Shown: positions 8,702 to 19,067 of the stretch, piece after piece
How the letters are laid out: each line of letters starts with the position of its first letter
Numbering within the stretch: the first letter of the stretch is position 1
Assembly (NCBI GenBank): GCA_947085205.1
Contig: CAMTVO010000014.1
Location: forward strand, 32,001 to 96,000
Direction of reading: 5' to 3'
From: an uncultured Nitrospiraceae bacterium
GTDB lineage: Bacteria; Nitrospirota; Thermodesulfovibrionia; Thermodesulfovibrionales; Dissulfurispiraceae
Length of the DNA: 64,000 bases
Notes under the pieces: model-generated
The model's database searches: none
Told to the model about the DNA's origin: nothing
The model's input: the letters and a program-made list of their open reading frames with translations, nothing else
Program-made: the position numbers and the translations under genes

Positions 8702-9567
8702 TACTCCAACACTCCATCACTCCATACAATGTCTTCTATATCAAAGACCGGCCCCTCTTTACATACCCTTTTATAAGTAAACAGCGAATGGTGAGCGGTG
8801 AGCAGTTGAGATTCGTTTTTATTACTGCTTCCTGCTTCCTGCTCACTGCTTACCGTCTTCACCACACATCCCAGACATGCACCGACTCCGCATGCCATGT
8901 GTTCCTCCAGAGAAACATAACACTTTATATCTTTGTCTGCGACAACTTTGGAAAGTTCTTTCAGCATTGGTGTAGGGCCGCAAGCATAAATCGGTAATGC
9001 GTAATGCGTAATGCGTGATGGGTTAAGAAAATCGCTTAAAGAATCTGTTATCAAACCCTTCTTGCCTTCAGAGCCGTCATCCGTTGCTATAAACAATTCC
9101 TTTGAAAATGTTTTTGCCTCATTTAGCATTACCAGTTCTTGTTTATTCCTTGCGCCATAAAAAAGATATGCCTTGCTTTTAAATTTCTCCAGAAGATGCA
9201 ATAAAGAGGCAATACCAATTCCGCCGGCAACCGCTATGAAATCCCCATGAGGTTCCGGATAGCTGTTACCGAGCGGCCCGATTACATTGATTACATCGCC
9301 GCCTTTAAGATTAGATAAACATGATGTGCCTTTCCCCCTAATCCTGTAAAGAAACCGGAGCGTGTTATCTTCATATCCGAAAATACTAAATGGTCTTTTT
9401 AAGAGAGGGTCGTAAGTGTCGCCTGCCTGAAGCATATAAAATTGTCCCGGCTCCGGAATCTTTACAGTAGACAACGGACTAAGGCTTAATAATTTGAAGC
9501 GCTTGTTTAAAGAGATATTGTCGGTTACATCTGCTTTGAAATATTTATTAGACAAAGCTGATCTCAA
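8701..9567 (-). CDS. pyrK: Dihydroorotate dehydrogenase electron-transfer subunit
   Basis: [25 protein letters not shown]...CKEGPVF. Confidence 0.93.
   Translation of the reverse strand: MRSALSNKYFKADVTDNISLNKRFKLLSLSPLSTVKIPEPGQFYMLQAGDTYDPLLKRPFSIFGYEDNTLRFLYRIRGKGTSCLSNLKGGDVINVIGPLGNSYPEPHGDFIAVAGGIGIASLLHLLEKFKSKAYLFYGARNKQELVMLNEAKTFSKELFIATDDGSEGKKGLITDSLSDFLNPSRITHYALPIYACGPTPMLKELSKVVADKDIKCYVSLEEHMACGVGACLGCVVKTVSSEQEAGSSNKNESQLLTAHHSLFTYKRVCKEGPVFDIEDIVWSDGVLE
8776..8856. repeat. Inverted heptamer pair inserted in frame in the pyrK Fe-S loop
   Basis: ggtgagc-type arm 8776-8810, ttcctgc-type arm 8822-8856. Confidence 0.8.
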
Positions 9568-10021
9568 TGATTTCGTATTCTATAGTCCTTGCAGGAGCCT
9601 TTACAACTGCAATATCGCCCACTTCTTTGCCTATCAATGCCCTCCCGACAGGCGAGATTATGGAAATCTTTCCGCTCTTGACATCAGCCTCGTCAGGGCC
9701 TACAAGGGTGAATTCATACTCATTGTCTGCCTCGACATCAACTACCTTAACCTTTGCTCCAAATGCTACATTTGACTGGTTTATCTTTGCAGGGTCTATG
9801 ACATCTGCAGTTGCAAGCTTTCCCTGAAGCTCCTGTATGCGTCCTTCTATAAAGGACTGCCTCTCCTTTGCGGCATGATACTCGGCATTCTCTGACAAAT
9901 CCCCATGCGCCCTTGCCTCGGCTATATCCTGTATGTTCTTCGGCCTCTCGACCTTTAGAAGTCTGTCAAGCTCGTCCTTAAGCTTCCGATAACCTTCAGG
10001 TGTCATTGGAACACGGTTCAT
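9548..10021 (-). CDS. greA: Transcription elongation factor GreA
   Basis: [30 protein letters not shown]. Confidence 0.97.
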   Translation of the reverse strand: MNRVPMTPEGYRKLKDELDRLLKVERPKNIQDIAEARAHGDLSENAEYHAAKERQSFIEGRIQELQGKLATADVIDPAKINQSNVAFGAKVKVVDVEADNEYEFTLVGPDEADVKSGKISIISPVGRALIGKEVGDIAVVKAPARTIEYEIIEISFV

Positions 10022-10042
10022 TATCGATGCATCCCTTCTTTT

Positions 10043-10118
10043 GAAGTAGGAACTGAGAAGTAAAAACTGGGAAACAAAAGTTCCGTTTTCAACTTCTAAC
10101 TTCCAACTTCATACTTCT
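10043..10118. repeat. Inverted heptamer pair (GAAGTAR / YAACTTC) upstream of greA
   Basis: gaagtaggaactgagaagtaaaaactgg ... caacttctaacttccaacttcatacttc. Confidence 0.8.
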
Positions 10119-10165
10119 TAATAAAATAACACTTTTATAATGATTTTTTCAAAAAGGAAAGATTC

Positions 10166-10600
10166 TTACGCGTTTTCCGCTTCTTTAGAGAGAGATTGCA
10201 CAGGCGCCCTGAAAGAATAGCGGTCATCTTCAAGGATTATCTGTACCGCCTTTAATTTGGCGATATTAACGATTAGCGGAGCCTTTAGATTTGCATTCAA
10301 TGCATTCTCAGAAACATTTAAAATTACAAGGACAGCAGTATCTCCCGCATCCTTAATTTCGAGAAACTCCTCAACATCATCTTCGACAGTGAGAGAATAA
10401 TCATGGAAAAAGCTGAAAGGCTCAGTAACTATGAAAGCCACTTCAGGGTCTTCAACTGCATGAAGCCATTTTATAGGGTCTTTATAGTCAAGGAGGATAT
10501 ATCGCTTTAAGTGTGGGAAACCCGGAATTCCCAAAGGAAAACTGATTATCTTATCCTCTTCAATGTCTATCTCGCCGAACCTTGTAGTATTTATTTTCAT
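10166..10600 (-). CDS. fliW: Flagellar assembly factor FliW
   Basis: TTRFGEI, FPLGIPGF, ANLKAPL. Confidence 0.93.
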   Translation of the reverse strand: MKINTTRFGEIDIEEDKIISFPLGIPGFPHLKRYILLDYKDPIKWLHAVEDPEVAFIVTEPFSFFHDYSLTVEDDVEEFLEIKDAGDTAVLVILNVSENALNANLKAPLIVNIAKLKAVQIILEDDRYSFRAPVQSLSKEAENA

Positions 10601-10617
10601 CTTCGCCCCGCTATTGT

Positions 10618-10845
10618 CTATTTGTCTTTCAATCCCAAGAAATCTTTAAGTTTGTCCATATCGAGCTTTGCTGCCTCAACATTTAGCTGTCTGAGTTTTT
10701 CATAGAGCTCTTCTCTGTAAATAGGCAGTTCCCTCGGCGCTTCTATGCCGATTTTTACAAACCCGTTTCCTATTTCAACAATCTTTATCCGTATATTGTC
10801 GCCGATGTTTATTGTCTGATTTGTTTTTCTGGTTAGAACAAGCAT
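10618..10845 (-). CDS. csrA: Carbon storage regulator CsrA
   Basis: MLVLTRK...VKIGIEAP...IYREE. Confidence 0.95.
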   Translation of the reverse strand: MLVLTRKTNQTINIGDNIRIKIVEIGNGFVKIGIEAPRELPIYREELYEKLRQLNVEAAKLDMDKLKDFLGLKDK

Positions 10846-10886
10846 TTTATCCTATCATTGGCCTATTATTTGCCTCATATCAGGCA

Positions 10887-12329
10887 TCACCTTATAAAGT
10901 CGAAAAGGCTTGTTCTAAGAAAATCAGACGATATGGTTCTCAAGCTCTGAAGCACAGTCTGTCTCTGAGTCATTTCTGATATAACCTTTGCAATATCGGC
11001 ATCCTGGTCATTGGAAAGGTATGTATTAATATCGTATTCCCTGTCGTCCTGATAGTTGCCTTCGGCTTGCAGTTTGTTAAGGTTAGCTCCCACTTCTGCT
11101 TGTGACTGGAACACCTTTTCCGCTACCTTGCCGATATAGTCTATTGCCTTTTGAATACGGCCGTTATCGTTCATTTCAAGAGATACCTTCAGAAAATGAA
11201 TCGCACGCAGTATATTATTTTCGTTCAGATAGTTGTTATTGAAGCTGTAATAATTGGGATTTGTTATGTCGGTAATATAGTTGTAATTTGCAATGCGGTC
11301 TCTCCCAAGAGTCATATTCTGTATTCCCTGTGGGTCGTATGCAAGTCTGTTAAGCCCGGCGCCTGCTCCGTCGGTCGTAGTTACAGTTATCTTAATTTTA
11401 TCGGATTGACCCACCGGGCTCGATGCGATAATAAGTCTGTAATCAGGGCTTCCTGCTGTCCCGAAATTCACGATGTTTGCTTTTACTTTTATTCCAGGCT
11501 GATTGTTGATTGCATCACGAATATTGTTAAGAGAGGCATTGGCAGCAATCACAACATCTACCGGTGTTGTATTATTTTCACCTACTGTTATAGTTAAAGT
11601 TCCTCCATTGGTAGTAAAACCGGCTGCAGAAGAATCAGCCACTGCTGCTGACAGTTGCAGCGCTGATAAGGGATCTGCATCCGGTGGAGTTTTGCGTTCT
11701 CCGGTAAGCGGGTCGTTTGCGGTATCGAAGTCTCTATTATGCGGCGGTAAAATAGCATTTGACGGGTCTGCTGCATTTACACGTGCAAAGCTGAACAAGC
11801 TGTTTGCCGGCATATTTAATCCAATCTCCGCTCCAGCGCTTATACTGATTTTGAAAATATTTGCATCCACAACAAATTCGCCGGTATTAATATCAATAGG
11901 AGCAATGTTTGATTTATAACCGGAAAATATATATTTGTCTCCTACTTTTGTATTGGCAATATCAATGGCAGTTTTCAAAAGAATATCTACTTCCTTTGAA
12001 ATCATCACCTTCGAATTGGGGTCGGTAGTCCCTGTCGCGCCTTGCAATGCCAGTTCTTTTACCCTTATCAGGGCGCTGTTCAGATTGGACATGGAAGAAT
12101 CCAGCGCCTCAAAAGAGCTCTTTGCAGAATTTATCGCTTTTTTGTATTCGCCTATTGCTGAAATTTGCGTCTTATAACCGACAATCCTCGACATGACAGT
12201 CGGGTCGTCCGACGGCCTGTTTATTTTCTTGCCTGTAGAAATCTGTTCATTGGAAATGAATATAGACTCCAGATTTTTCCTCATATCAGATAGAAATCTG
12301 TCGTAAAACATCTTATTCGTAATTCTCAT
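10887..12329 (-). CDS. flgL: Hook-associated protein FlgL
   Basis: STGKKINRPSDDP, YIFSG, C-terminal SLFDFI. Confidence 0.92.
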   Translation of the reverse strand: MRITNKMFYDRFLSDMRKNLESIFISNEQISTGKKINRPSDDPTVMSRIVGYKTQISAIGEYKKAINSAKSSFEALDSSMSNLNSALIRVKELALQGATGTTDPNSKVMISKEVDILLKTAIDIANTKVGDKYIFSGYKSNIAPIDINTGEFVVDANIFKISISAGAEIGLNMPANSLFSFARVNAADPSNAILPPHNRDFDTANDPLTGERKTPPDADPLSALQLSAAVADSSAAGFTTNGGTLTITVGENNTTPVDVVIAANASLNNIRDAINNQPGIKVKANIVNFGTAGSPDYRLIIASSPVGQSDKIKITVTTTDGAGAGLNRLAYDPQGIQNMTLGRDRIANYNYITDITNPNYYSFNNNYLNENNILRAIHFLKVSLEMNDNGRIQKAIDYIGKVAEKVFQSQAEVGANLNKLQAEGNYQDDREYDINTYLSNDQDADIAKVISEMTQRQTVLQSLRTISSDFLRTSLFDFIR

Positions 12330-12331
12330 GT

Positions 12332-14068
12332 CTATCTTCTTCCTGTCATGGCAATAAGCGTTTCGAGGAGTTCATCTGCAACGCTTATCAGCTTTGCCGA
12401 AGCCTGAAAAGCTTTTTGGTACTTAATCAGATTGGCGGCTTCTTCGTCCAGACTGACGCCCGAAACCTCCTGCCTTCTTCTTTCAAGCTCTTCAACGAGC
12501 GTGCTCTGAAATTTCATGTTTATTTTCGAGGAGCTTGCATCAACGCCGACATCAGAAACCATGGAGCGATAAAAATCGATAGGGATAGCGCCAGCAATAA
12601 TCCTCTGATTAATTAAATCTGCTATCAACCTTGCATTTCTGTTATCTCCTACACCTCCTGAGGGATCAGAAGGATCGGTCTGAGCCGCAGCCACCTTCTG
12701 AGGGTCGGTTATCGCTGTAGCCATATACTTAGCGGCATTGGAATTAAAGCTTATACCGAATTGTTCGGTGACTGTAGTTACTAAATCGCTCTGGTTGCCG
12801 TCTATTCTGATTTTTATTCCGCTGAACTCCAATGTCCTGTAATCAGGGATTGTAGAAGTATCAGATGAAAGAGTCACTGATAAAGGGTTAATCGTTGTCC
12901 ATGTAGTTCCATCAGTAGATTCCTGAACACGCCAATAAATATCGGTTGCGCCTGCCTCTTCTTGCTGATAGCCTGCACCGCCTACGGTGTTATAGTCTAT
13001 CCGGTACATTTTACCGAGATTGACTACGCTGATATTTGTAAAATCTATTCCTGCAACCGTTCCTCCAACTGCAGGGCTTGAATCCGTTATTGAATAAAGC
13101 TGCCGAAAGAAGTCATTTCCAGTTGAGTTATCCAGCCCGTATCCCTGCCTGTGATAATAGTTGACGGTAAAAGAGAGGTCTATAGCAAAGGCATTGAGCC
13201 TGTTCATTATGGAAAGTATATTCGTTTCCCTTAAGTCGAGGTTTGCCTTCAGTTCTCCGCCTGTTATATAGCTGTTTATCTCCCTCACTTCGCTCTCCAG
13301 ATCCACATAAAAATGCATTGCATTTGCCGTGTCTGTAGTAACGCTCATTTTATAAGTCTTTCCGCCGTCGACAAGCGGAGTGCCGCCGATTAGAACCGAA
13401 TACCTGCCAACATTATCCTCGAATGTCGAAACCTTAACTATCTCGTTTAATTTTTCAATGAGAAGGTCTCTTTGATCCTTTAAATCAAGCGCTCCAGGAA
13501 CCGCTGCAATCTTATCGTTTAAATAAGCAATCTTGGCTGCAATGCTGTTTACCTCATTCACAAGGCTCTGGCTGCTCTTAAATATTTCAGTTCGTCCATC
13601 GTCGAGCATTGTATACGCCCCGCTTATGCGGCTGCTCATATATTCAGCCTTTTTTATCAATAAAGTCCTCTGCGCATATCCTTCCGGATTTTGAGCAACT
13701 TCCTGCCATGCATTAAAGAAATCTGTAATGGCTGTGCTAATGCCGGTGTCGGATGCCTCGTTGAATATATTCTCTATTTTGACAACACCCTTCTCATATG
13801 CATTCCAATAAGAAAGGTTCGATTTTTCGGTTCTTAACTGCAAGGTTAAAAAGGCGTCGTACATCCTTTTTACCTCTGTAATCCTGACGCCTCTTCCGGT
13901 TGTTCCTACAGCGGTTATATCTCCTGTAGGAATATTTTCGAGAACAACATCCTGTCTCGTATAGCCGGGAGTTGCGGAATTGGCTACATTGTGAGCTATT
14001 GTATCGAGCGCCCTTCTATTCATTAAGAGAGCGGTTTTGCCGATATCAAACAGGCCGAAACCGCCCAT
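12332..14068 (-). CDS. flgK: Hook-associated protein FlgK
   Basis: HNVANSATPGYTRQ; SGVSLDEEAANLIKYQ. Confidence 0.95.
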   Translation of the reverse strand: MGGFGLFDIGKTALLMNRRALDTIAHNVANSATPGYTRQDVVLENIPTGDITAVGTTGRGVRITEVKRMYDAFLTLQLRTEKSNLSYWNAYEKGVVKIENIFNEASDTGISTAITDFFNAWQEVAQNPEGYAQRTLLIKKAEYMSSRISGAYTMLDDGRTEIFKSSQSLVNEVNSIAAKIAYLNDKIAAVPGALDLKDQRDLLIEKLNEIVKVSTFEDNVGRYSVLIGGTPLVDGGKTYKMSVTTDTANAMHFYVDLESEVREINSYITGGELKANLDLRETNILSIMNRLNAFAIDLSFTVNYYHRQGYGLDNSTGNDFFRQLYSITDSSPAVGGTVAGIDFTNISVVNLGKMYRIDYNTVGGAGYQQEEAGATDIYWRVQESTDGTTWTTINPLSVTLSSDTSTIPDYRTLEFSGIKIRIDGNQSDLVTTVTEQFGISFNSNAAKYMATAITDPQKVAAAQTDPSDPSGGVGDNRNARLIADLINQRIIAGAIPIDFYRSMVSDVGVDASSSKINMKFQSTLVEELERRRQEVSGVSLDEEAANLIKYQKAFQASAKLISVADELLETLIAMTGRR

Positions 14069-14505
14069 TATGCCTCCACCGATATTTTCTGGCGTGGAGC
14101 GACATCAAAAGTATTAAGAAAATTGTACGAAGTCTTTATGTAATACAGCGACTTTTCTATAAGTATGCTGTTAAATCTATTGAGCTCCGATATGCTGTTG
14201 ATTATGGATTTAAATTTTGACGCTATATCGGTAAGCCTCTCTCTGTAACCGTTTTCCGCCATTTCAGCGACTTCAGATATGGTCTTGTTTTTAAAACCGA
14301 TGGATTCAAGTATCTTTTCTCGCGTTTCGTCGCACACCTTTATCATAGTCGTTACAGCCTCTTTTTCGCCCAACAGCGATTCGAGCGCTCTCGGGTCAAG
14401 GCTTACTATTACATCCTTTTCCTTCTGCAAGAGTTCGACCAGTTGAGTGCACAGGGAAAACTCCTTTTCCAGCACATCGATTAAGTCTTCATATAATTGA
14501 GTCAA
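14068..14505 (-). CDS. flgN: Chaperone FlgN
   Basis: Helical protein with NRFNSILI; located between flgM and flgK. Confidence 0.8.
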   Translation of the reverse strand: MTQLYEDLIDVLEKEFSLCTQLVELLQKEKDVIVSLDPRALESLLGEKEAVTTMIKVCDETREKILESIGFKNKTISEVAEMAENGYRERLTDIASKFKSIINSISELNRFNSILIEKSLYYIKTSYNFLNTFDVAPRQKISVEA

Positions 14506-14782
14506 TGATAGCCTCCTTTAGAAGTTTGCCTGCTACCGCCTCGCCTCTGACATTATAGATGCCGGCGTTGATAGCATTTTTTATCTCATCTACACGGTCC
14601 GTCCTTATCTCAGGTAGTTTGCTGACCTCCACCTGCAGCCTGCCAATCTCTTTGGCCTTTTCAGAGACCGTTACATGGTCCTTGGATAAAACCTCCTCCG
14701 ACCTTTCCCCTGCCTTTTCCTTTGCCTTGTCGGGCTTCTGAAAATTCGGCCCTACAACATCAATCTTGTCTGTTATTCTCAT
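14489..14782 (-). CDS. flgM: Anti-sigma28 factor FlgM
   Basis: DHVTVS, IRTDRVDEIKNAINAGIY. Confidence 0.88.
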   Translation of the reverse strand: MRITDKIDVVGPNFQKPDKAKEKAGERSEEVLSKDHVTVSEKAKEIGRLQVEVSKLPEIRTDRVDEIKNAINAGIYNVRGEAVAGKLLKEAIIDSII

Positions 14783-14823
14783 CTCTCAAATCCTCCTTTT
14801 GCGTTTATTGCGCTATAACTATT

Positions 14824-14850
14824 ATATCGGAGGATTTAACTAAAAATTAA
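14824..14850 (-). promoter_or_regulatory. Probable sigma28 promoter for flgM
   Basis: TTAA-15 nt-TCCGATAT, an imperfect match to TAAA-N15-GCCGATAA. Confidence 0.55.
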
Positions 14851-15593
14851 CCAATCATGCCTGCCGGGTCCACCGGAATCCCGTTTTTCCTTAACTCGAA
14901 ATGAAGATGATGGCCTGTCGACCTTCCGGTTGAGCCTGACAGCGCAATTACTTTCCTTTCGTCTACGGTGTCTCCTGTTTTTACAAGATTTATTGAATTG
15001 TGCGCATAAAGACTGCTCAGTCCATTTTCATGTTCAACAATCACAGTGTTGCCGTAACCTGCTGAAAAACCGCTGAAAACAACCCTACCTGGCGCTGACG
15101 ATATTACCGGAGAGCCTTCCGGCATAGCTATATCCACTCCGTTATGGTGTTTAAGCCGTCCGTCGATAGGGTCGTGCCTTAGGCCATACCCTGAGGTTAT
15201 TTTAGCTTCCGCAGGAAGTCTCAACTTTAGTTCAGAGCTTAGAGTTACCCCCCAATTCCCCCCCTTAGTAATGAGGGGATTAGAGGGGGGGGTAATTGGC
15301 TCGTTACTACCGGAAAATGGAGTTCTCAAAAAGAAATCGCCTATGCCTATCCCTCTGTCTGCTAAGGATTTGGCCATTTCAGAGGTTATGTAAGGCATAT
15401 AAGTAGAAATAGTCCTGTCTTTACCGAAAGATGTCTGTTCCATCATTATCTTCAGGAACTCGTTCAAAAAAACGGTTTCCACCTGTTTTGCCATTGCCTT
15501 CGGGTCAGACGAGTTCTGAGTTCGGAGTTCGGAGTTGAGAGCTTTTAACTCCTGACCGCTGACCGCTGACTGCTGACTGCCGACTATCTTCAC
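14847..15593 (-). CDS. FlgJ-like rod-binding domain fused to an M23 peptidase
   Basis: Follows flgI; AKQVETVFLNEFLK N-terminal domain; HNGVD and STGHHLHFE M23 motifs. Confidence 0.8.
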   Translation of the reverse strand: MKIVGSQQSAVSGQELKALNSELRTQNSSDPKAMAKQVETVFLNEFLKIMMEQTSFGKDRTISTYMPYITSEMAKSLADRGIGIGDFFLRTPFSGSNEPITPPSNPLITKGGNWGVTLSSELKLRLPAEAKITSGYGLRHDPIDGRLKHHNGVDIAMPEGSPVISSAPGRVVFSGFSAGYGNTVIVEHENGLSSLYAHNSINLVKTGDTVDERKVIALSGSTGRSTGHHLHFELRKNGIPVDPAGMIG

Positions 15594-16729
15594 ATTATCA
15601 CCAATTCTGCCTTCAAGCTTCCGGCAGCTTTAATTGCTTGCAATATCGCCACCATATCCTTGGGTGTTACGCCTAAGACATTAAACGCTTTAACCAGTTC
15701 ACCGATTGTTGCCCCTTTCACCTCCACCATGGGCGCCTTTTTCTCCTCTGCCTTTATTTCTACTTTTGGGACAATTACTGTTTCAGCTGTGGGAGGGGCA
15801 AAAGGAGGAGGTTGAACAACCTCGTATTCAACCTTAATCTCTATGGCAAGTCCCCCATGCGCAAGGGCGATTGGACTGATTTTTACATTTTCACCTATGA
15901 CAACTGTACCTGTCCTCTCATTGATAACAACCCTTGCAGGCATATCCACATCTACATTTATAAGTTCGATTTTCGACATCAAATCAACTACCCTGTTTGT
16001 ATAGGTATCCGGAACTTTTATGGAAATAACCGAAGGGCCTTCAGCCTTAGCGAAACTTCCACCGAGAATGTCGTTTATTCCATCGGTTATTTTCTTGGCA
16101 GTCGTAATGTCCTGAACGGTCAATAAAAGGTCTAATCTCTGTTTCTCGTTTAACTGCACAGGGACCTCTTTTTCGACAATAGCGCCATTAGGGATAGCGC
16201 CGACATTCGGATGATTCTTGATTACCTGTGCACCTGTTCCACCAGCCACAAATCCGCCAATAGATACAGGGCCTTGTGCAACAGCATAAACATTACCATC
16301 TGGCCCCTTTAGAGGCGCCATTAAAAGCGTCCCACCCTGAAGGCTCTTTGCATCGCCGATGGACGATACCTGAACGTCGACCTTAGAGCCCGGCTTTACC
16401 ATTGTAGGCAGTTTTGCAGTAACTATTACCGCAGCTATGTTCTTTGTCTTTCCCTTTATATCTGCGGCATTCACGCTGATTCCCATTCTTGTAAGCATAT
16501 TTGCAAACGGCTGGAATATGTATGTCCCGTCCTTATCGCCGGTGCCGTTGAGTCCGACAACAATTCCGTATCCGATAAGTTCGTTCTCCCTTATTCCGGA
16601 AAATGCGGCGATATCCTTAATCCTCTCGGCATGAACGACAGTGAACAGTGAACAGTTAATAGTGAATAGTAAAAAACAGAAAAAAACAGTTCGTTGCATT
16701 TTTTTAAGATACTCAGTTTTCCGGTTCAT
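15590..16729 (-). CDS. flgI: P-ring protein FlgI
   Basis: RIKDI, GYGIVVGLNGTGD, GDAKSLQGGTLL. Confidence 0.97.
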   Translation of the reverse strand: MNRKTEYLKKMQRTVFFCFLLFTINCSLFTVVHAERIKDIAAFSGIRENELIGYGIVVGLNGTGDKDGTYIFQPFANMLTRMGISVNAADIKGKTKNIAAVIVTAKLPTMVKPGSKVDVQVSSIGDAKSLQGGTLLMAPLKGPDGNVYAVAQGPVSIGGFVAGGTGAQVIKNHPNVGAIPNGAIVEKEVPVQLNEKQRLDLLLTVQDITTAKKITDGINDILGGSFAKAEGPSVISIKVPDTYTNRVVDLMSKIELINVDVDMPARVVINERTGTVVIGENVKISPIALAHGGLAIEIKVEYEVVQPPPFAPPTAETVIVPKVEIKAEEKKAPMVEVKGATIGELVKAFNVLGVTPKDMVAILQAIKAAGSLKAELVIM

Positions 16730-16784
16730 CCCTTATACTCCTTTCTATTACTGTTCACTAAGCACTTTACACTATTCACTGCCG

Positions 16785-17513
16785 TTAAAACGGCCATACC
16801 TTGTCCAAAAATCTCACAAGCCAGCCCTGCGACTGCTTGTCATCCAAAACACCGTCGCCGACAAAGTATATCTGGGCGTCTGCTATATACTGTGACAGGA
16901 CTGTATTATTCGGCGATATATCATCAGGCCTCACAATGCCCTTCAATACGAGTATCTCTTTTTCATTGTTCACGACTACCTCTTTTCTCGACTCGAGCAC
17001 CAGATTGGAATTGGGCAGAACCTCCACAACCTTTGCCGTTACAGTGCCTGTAAGTTTTCCCTCTCTCGTGGTATCGCCTTTTCCTTTAAAGTCAGACTTC
17101 CCCTTTCCCTCGACAGACGGAGAAAACACATTTGCCCCTTTGTAAAATCCGCCTAACATAGGGAGTTTATCTACGCCAAAGTCAGTATTCATCCCAAAAA
17201 AATTGTCCAGTCCGTAATCAGCGGATGAATCACGGCTGGCATTGGTGGTAGCCTTTTTAGAAGCGGTCGATTTTTCATTGATTAATATTGTCACAAGGTC
17301 ATTTACCCTCTTAGCCCTTCTGTCCTCAAAAAGCGAAGCGCTGTCCTTCCATAAAGAACCTTCTGATGAGGATGCCTCTTTTTCCTTTGTTTCGACATAT
17401 CTCGGCGGCATAGGAGCATTTTTTATATCGCGCGCGTCCTTGAGACCGGAACAACCAATTAATACAGTGAACAGTGAACAGTGAACAGTGAACAGTAATA
17501 TAGTGCGAATCAT
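16785..17513 (-). CDS. flgH: L-ring lipoprotein FlgH
   Basis: Lipobox LIGC, VVEVLPNSNL, GIVRPDDI, C-terminal WPF. Confidence 0.95.
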   Translation of the reverse strand: MIRTILLFTVHCSLFTVLIGCSGLKDARDIKNAPMPPRYVETKEKEASSSEGSLWKDSASLFEDRRAKRVNDLVTILINEKSTASKKATTNASRDSSADYGLDNFFGMNTDFGVDKLPMLGGFYKGANVFSPSVEGKGKSDFKGKGDTTREGKLTGTVTAKVVEVLPNSNLVLESRKEVVVNNEKEILVLKGIVRPDDISPNNTVLSQYIADAQIYFVGDGVLDDKQSQGWLVRFLDKVWPF

Positions 17514-18265
17514 ATCTTTACCCTCACTGTATCAGGCGATGTAAGAATTCCGCTCACCTCTTTTTTGGACACATCGCATGAAACCTTTGCCGTACCGCCC
17601 ATTACGGCGTCATTTTTGAGCGATCCCTGAGTTGTTATAACCACGTTGCCTCCTTCGACCACAACATTAACCCTCTGTCCCCTTTTAATGCTCAACTGGG
17701 TTGTTAGATGATCGCTCCTTAAAATAACCCCTTGTCCTATGTTCGTCTTAAGCGCTTTTCCTTCCAAATCGTTCATGCTCAACACTGCGCCTGCCGGCAG
17801 TCTCGAACTCTTCTGCTTTACGATATAAAAATCGTCAGCGCTCAGCGTAGTTCCTTTTACAAGAGGCCTTGAGGTTATGAACACATCCACAAGCACATTG
17901 TAAGATGCTTCGACAATTATACTTTTCGTCTCAATCTTCCTGTTTTTAAGACCGACTGAAAAATGAGCCTTATTGCGTCCTGCATATCCGTTCATAACTG
18001 CATTGGCAACCGTATACCCATCCGGGCTTTTTAAGACATCCGCCCCTGAGATTACTCTCAGTCCATTAACTTCGACATCTCCTGAAACAGACTTCTTCAG
18101 TTCATTCAATACTGCCTTTTTAACCGCATCCATCAATTCGACTTGAGCATAGGACTCGGTTATAGTAAGCAGTAAGCAGTAAGCAGTAAGCAGTAATATA
18201 GCAACAAGTAACGAATAACGAGTTTTTTGACTTCCGACTCTTGATGCTTGACGCTCGACGCTCAT
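17510..18265 (-). CDS. flgA: P-ring chaperone FlgA
   Basis: SAF-like domain with IKRGQRV; located between flgG and flgH. Confidence 0.85.
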   Translation of the reverse strand: MSVERQASRVGSQKTRYSLLVAILLLTAYCLLLTITESYAQVELMDAVKKAVLNELKKSVSGDVEVNGLRVISGADVLKSPDGYTVANAVMNGYAGRNKAHFSVGLKNRKIETKSIIVEASYNVLVDVFITSRPLVKGTTLSADDFYIVKQKSSRLPAGAVLSMNDLEGKALKTNIGQGVILRSDHLTTQLSIKRGQRVNVVVEGGNVVITTQGSLKNDAVMGGTAKVSCDVSKKEVSGILTSPDTVRVKI

Positions 18266-18269
18266 TTTA

Positions 18270-19058
18270 TTATCTCCTCAGTGCACTGGCAGTCTGGAGC
18301 ATTTCATCAGACGCCTGCACCGCCTTTGAGTTAAGGTCAAATGCCCTTTGAGCGATTATGAGATTAGCCAGCTCTTCAACAACATTGACATTTGACATCT
18401 CCACAAAGCCTTGATTTATAGAGCCTCGGCCTTCAGTGCCGGGTGTGCCGGTGGCAGCCTCTCCTGAAGCATCGGTGGCGAGGAAGAGATTCTTGCCCAA
18501 TGCAAGAAGACCTGCTGGGTTTACGAATCGCGCTGTCTCTATCGTGCCTATTTCAACAGGCGTAGTGCTTCCTGCCTGCAATACAGTTACTCGACCGTCG
18601 GAGCCTACGGTGATTTTAGTTGTGTCGGCAGGAATGGTAATAGCAGGCTCAAGGGGATAACCGTCGGAGTTTACAATCCTACCGTCCCTGTCGAGTTTTA
18701 ATGCTCCGGCCCTCGTGTATGCTATTGTTCCGTCAGGCCTTGTAACCTGAAAAAAGCCGTCGCCTTCTATAACAAGGTCGAGGTCATTACCGGTATTTAT
18801 AAAGTCGCCTTGCGTAAAGAGCTTCTGGACAGCAACAGGCTTAACTCCGAGACCAATCTGTATTCCAGACGGTATCTGGACTCCTTCTCCTGATGGTGCG
18901 CCGGGAGCCTTTATTGTCTGATAAAGCAAATCCTGAAAATCCGCTCTGCTCCTTTTAAAGCCTACTGTGTTCACATTTGCAAGATTGTTTGCTATAACAT
19001 CCACATTTAAGCTCTGTGCATGCATGCCTGTTGCTGCGGTAAAAAGCGATCTTATCAT
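18270..19058 (-). CDS. flgG: Distal rod protein FlgG
   Basis: [30 protein letters not shown]. Confidence 0.97.
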   Translation of the reverse strand: MIRSLFTAATGMHAQSLNVDVIANNLANVNTVGFKRSRADFQDLLYQTIKAPGAPSGEGVQIPSGIQIGLGVKPVAVQKLFTQGDFINTGNDLDLVIEGDGFFQVTRPDGTIAYTRAGALKLDRDGRIVNSDGYPLEPAITIPADTTKITVGSDGRVTVLQAGSTTPVEIGTIETARFVNPAGLLALGKNLFLATDASGEAATGTPGTEGRGSINQGFVEMSNVNVVEELANLIIAQRAFDLNSKAVQASDEMLQTASALRR

Positions 19059-19067
19059 CTTACCCCC

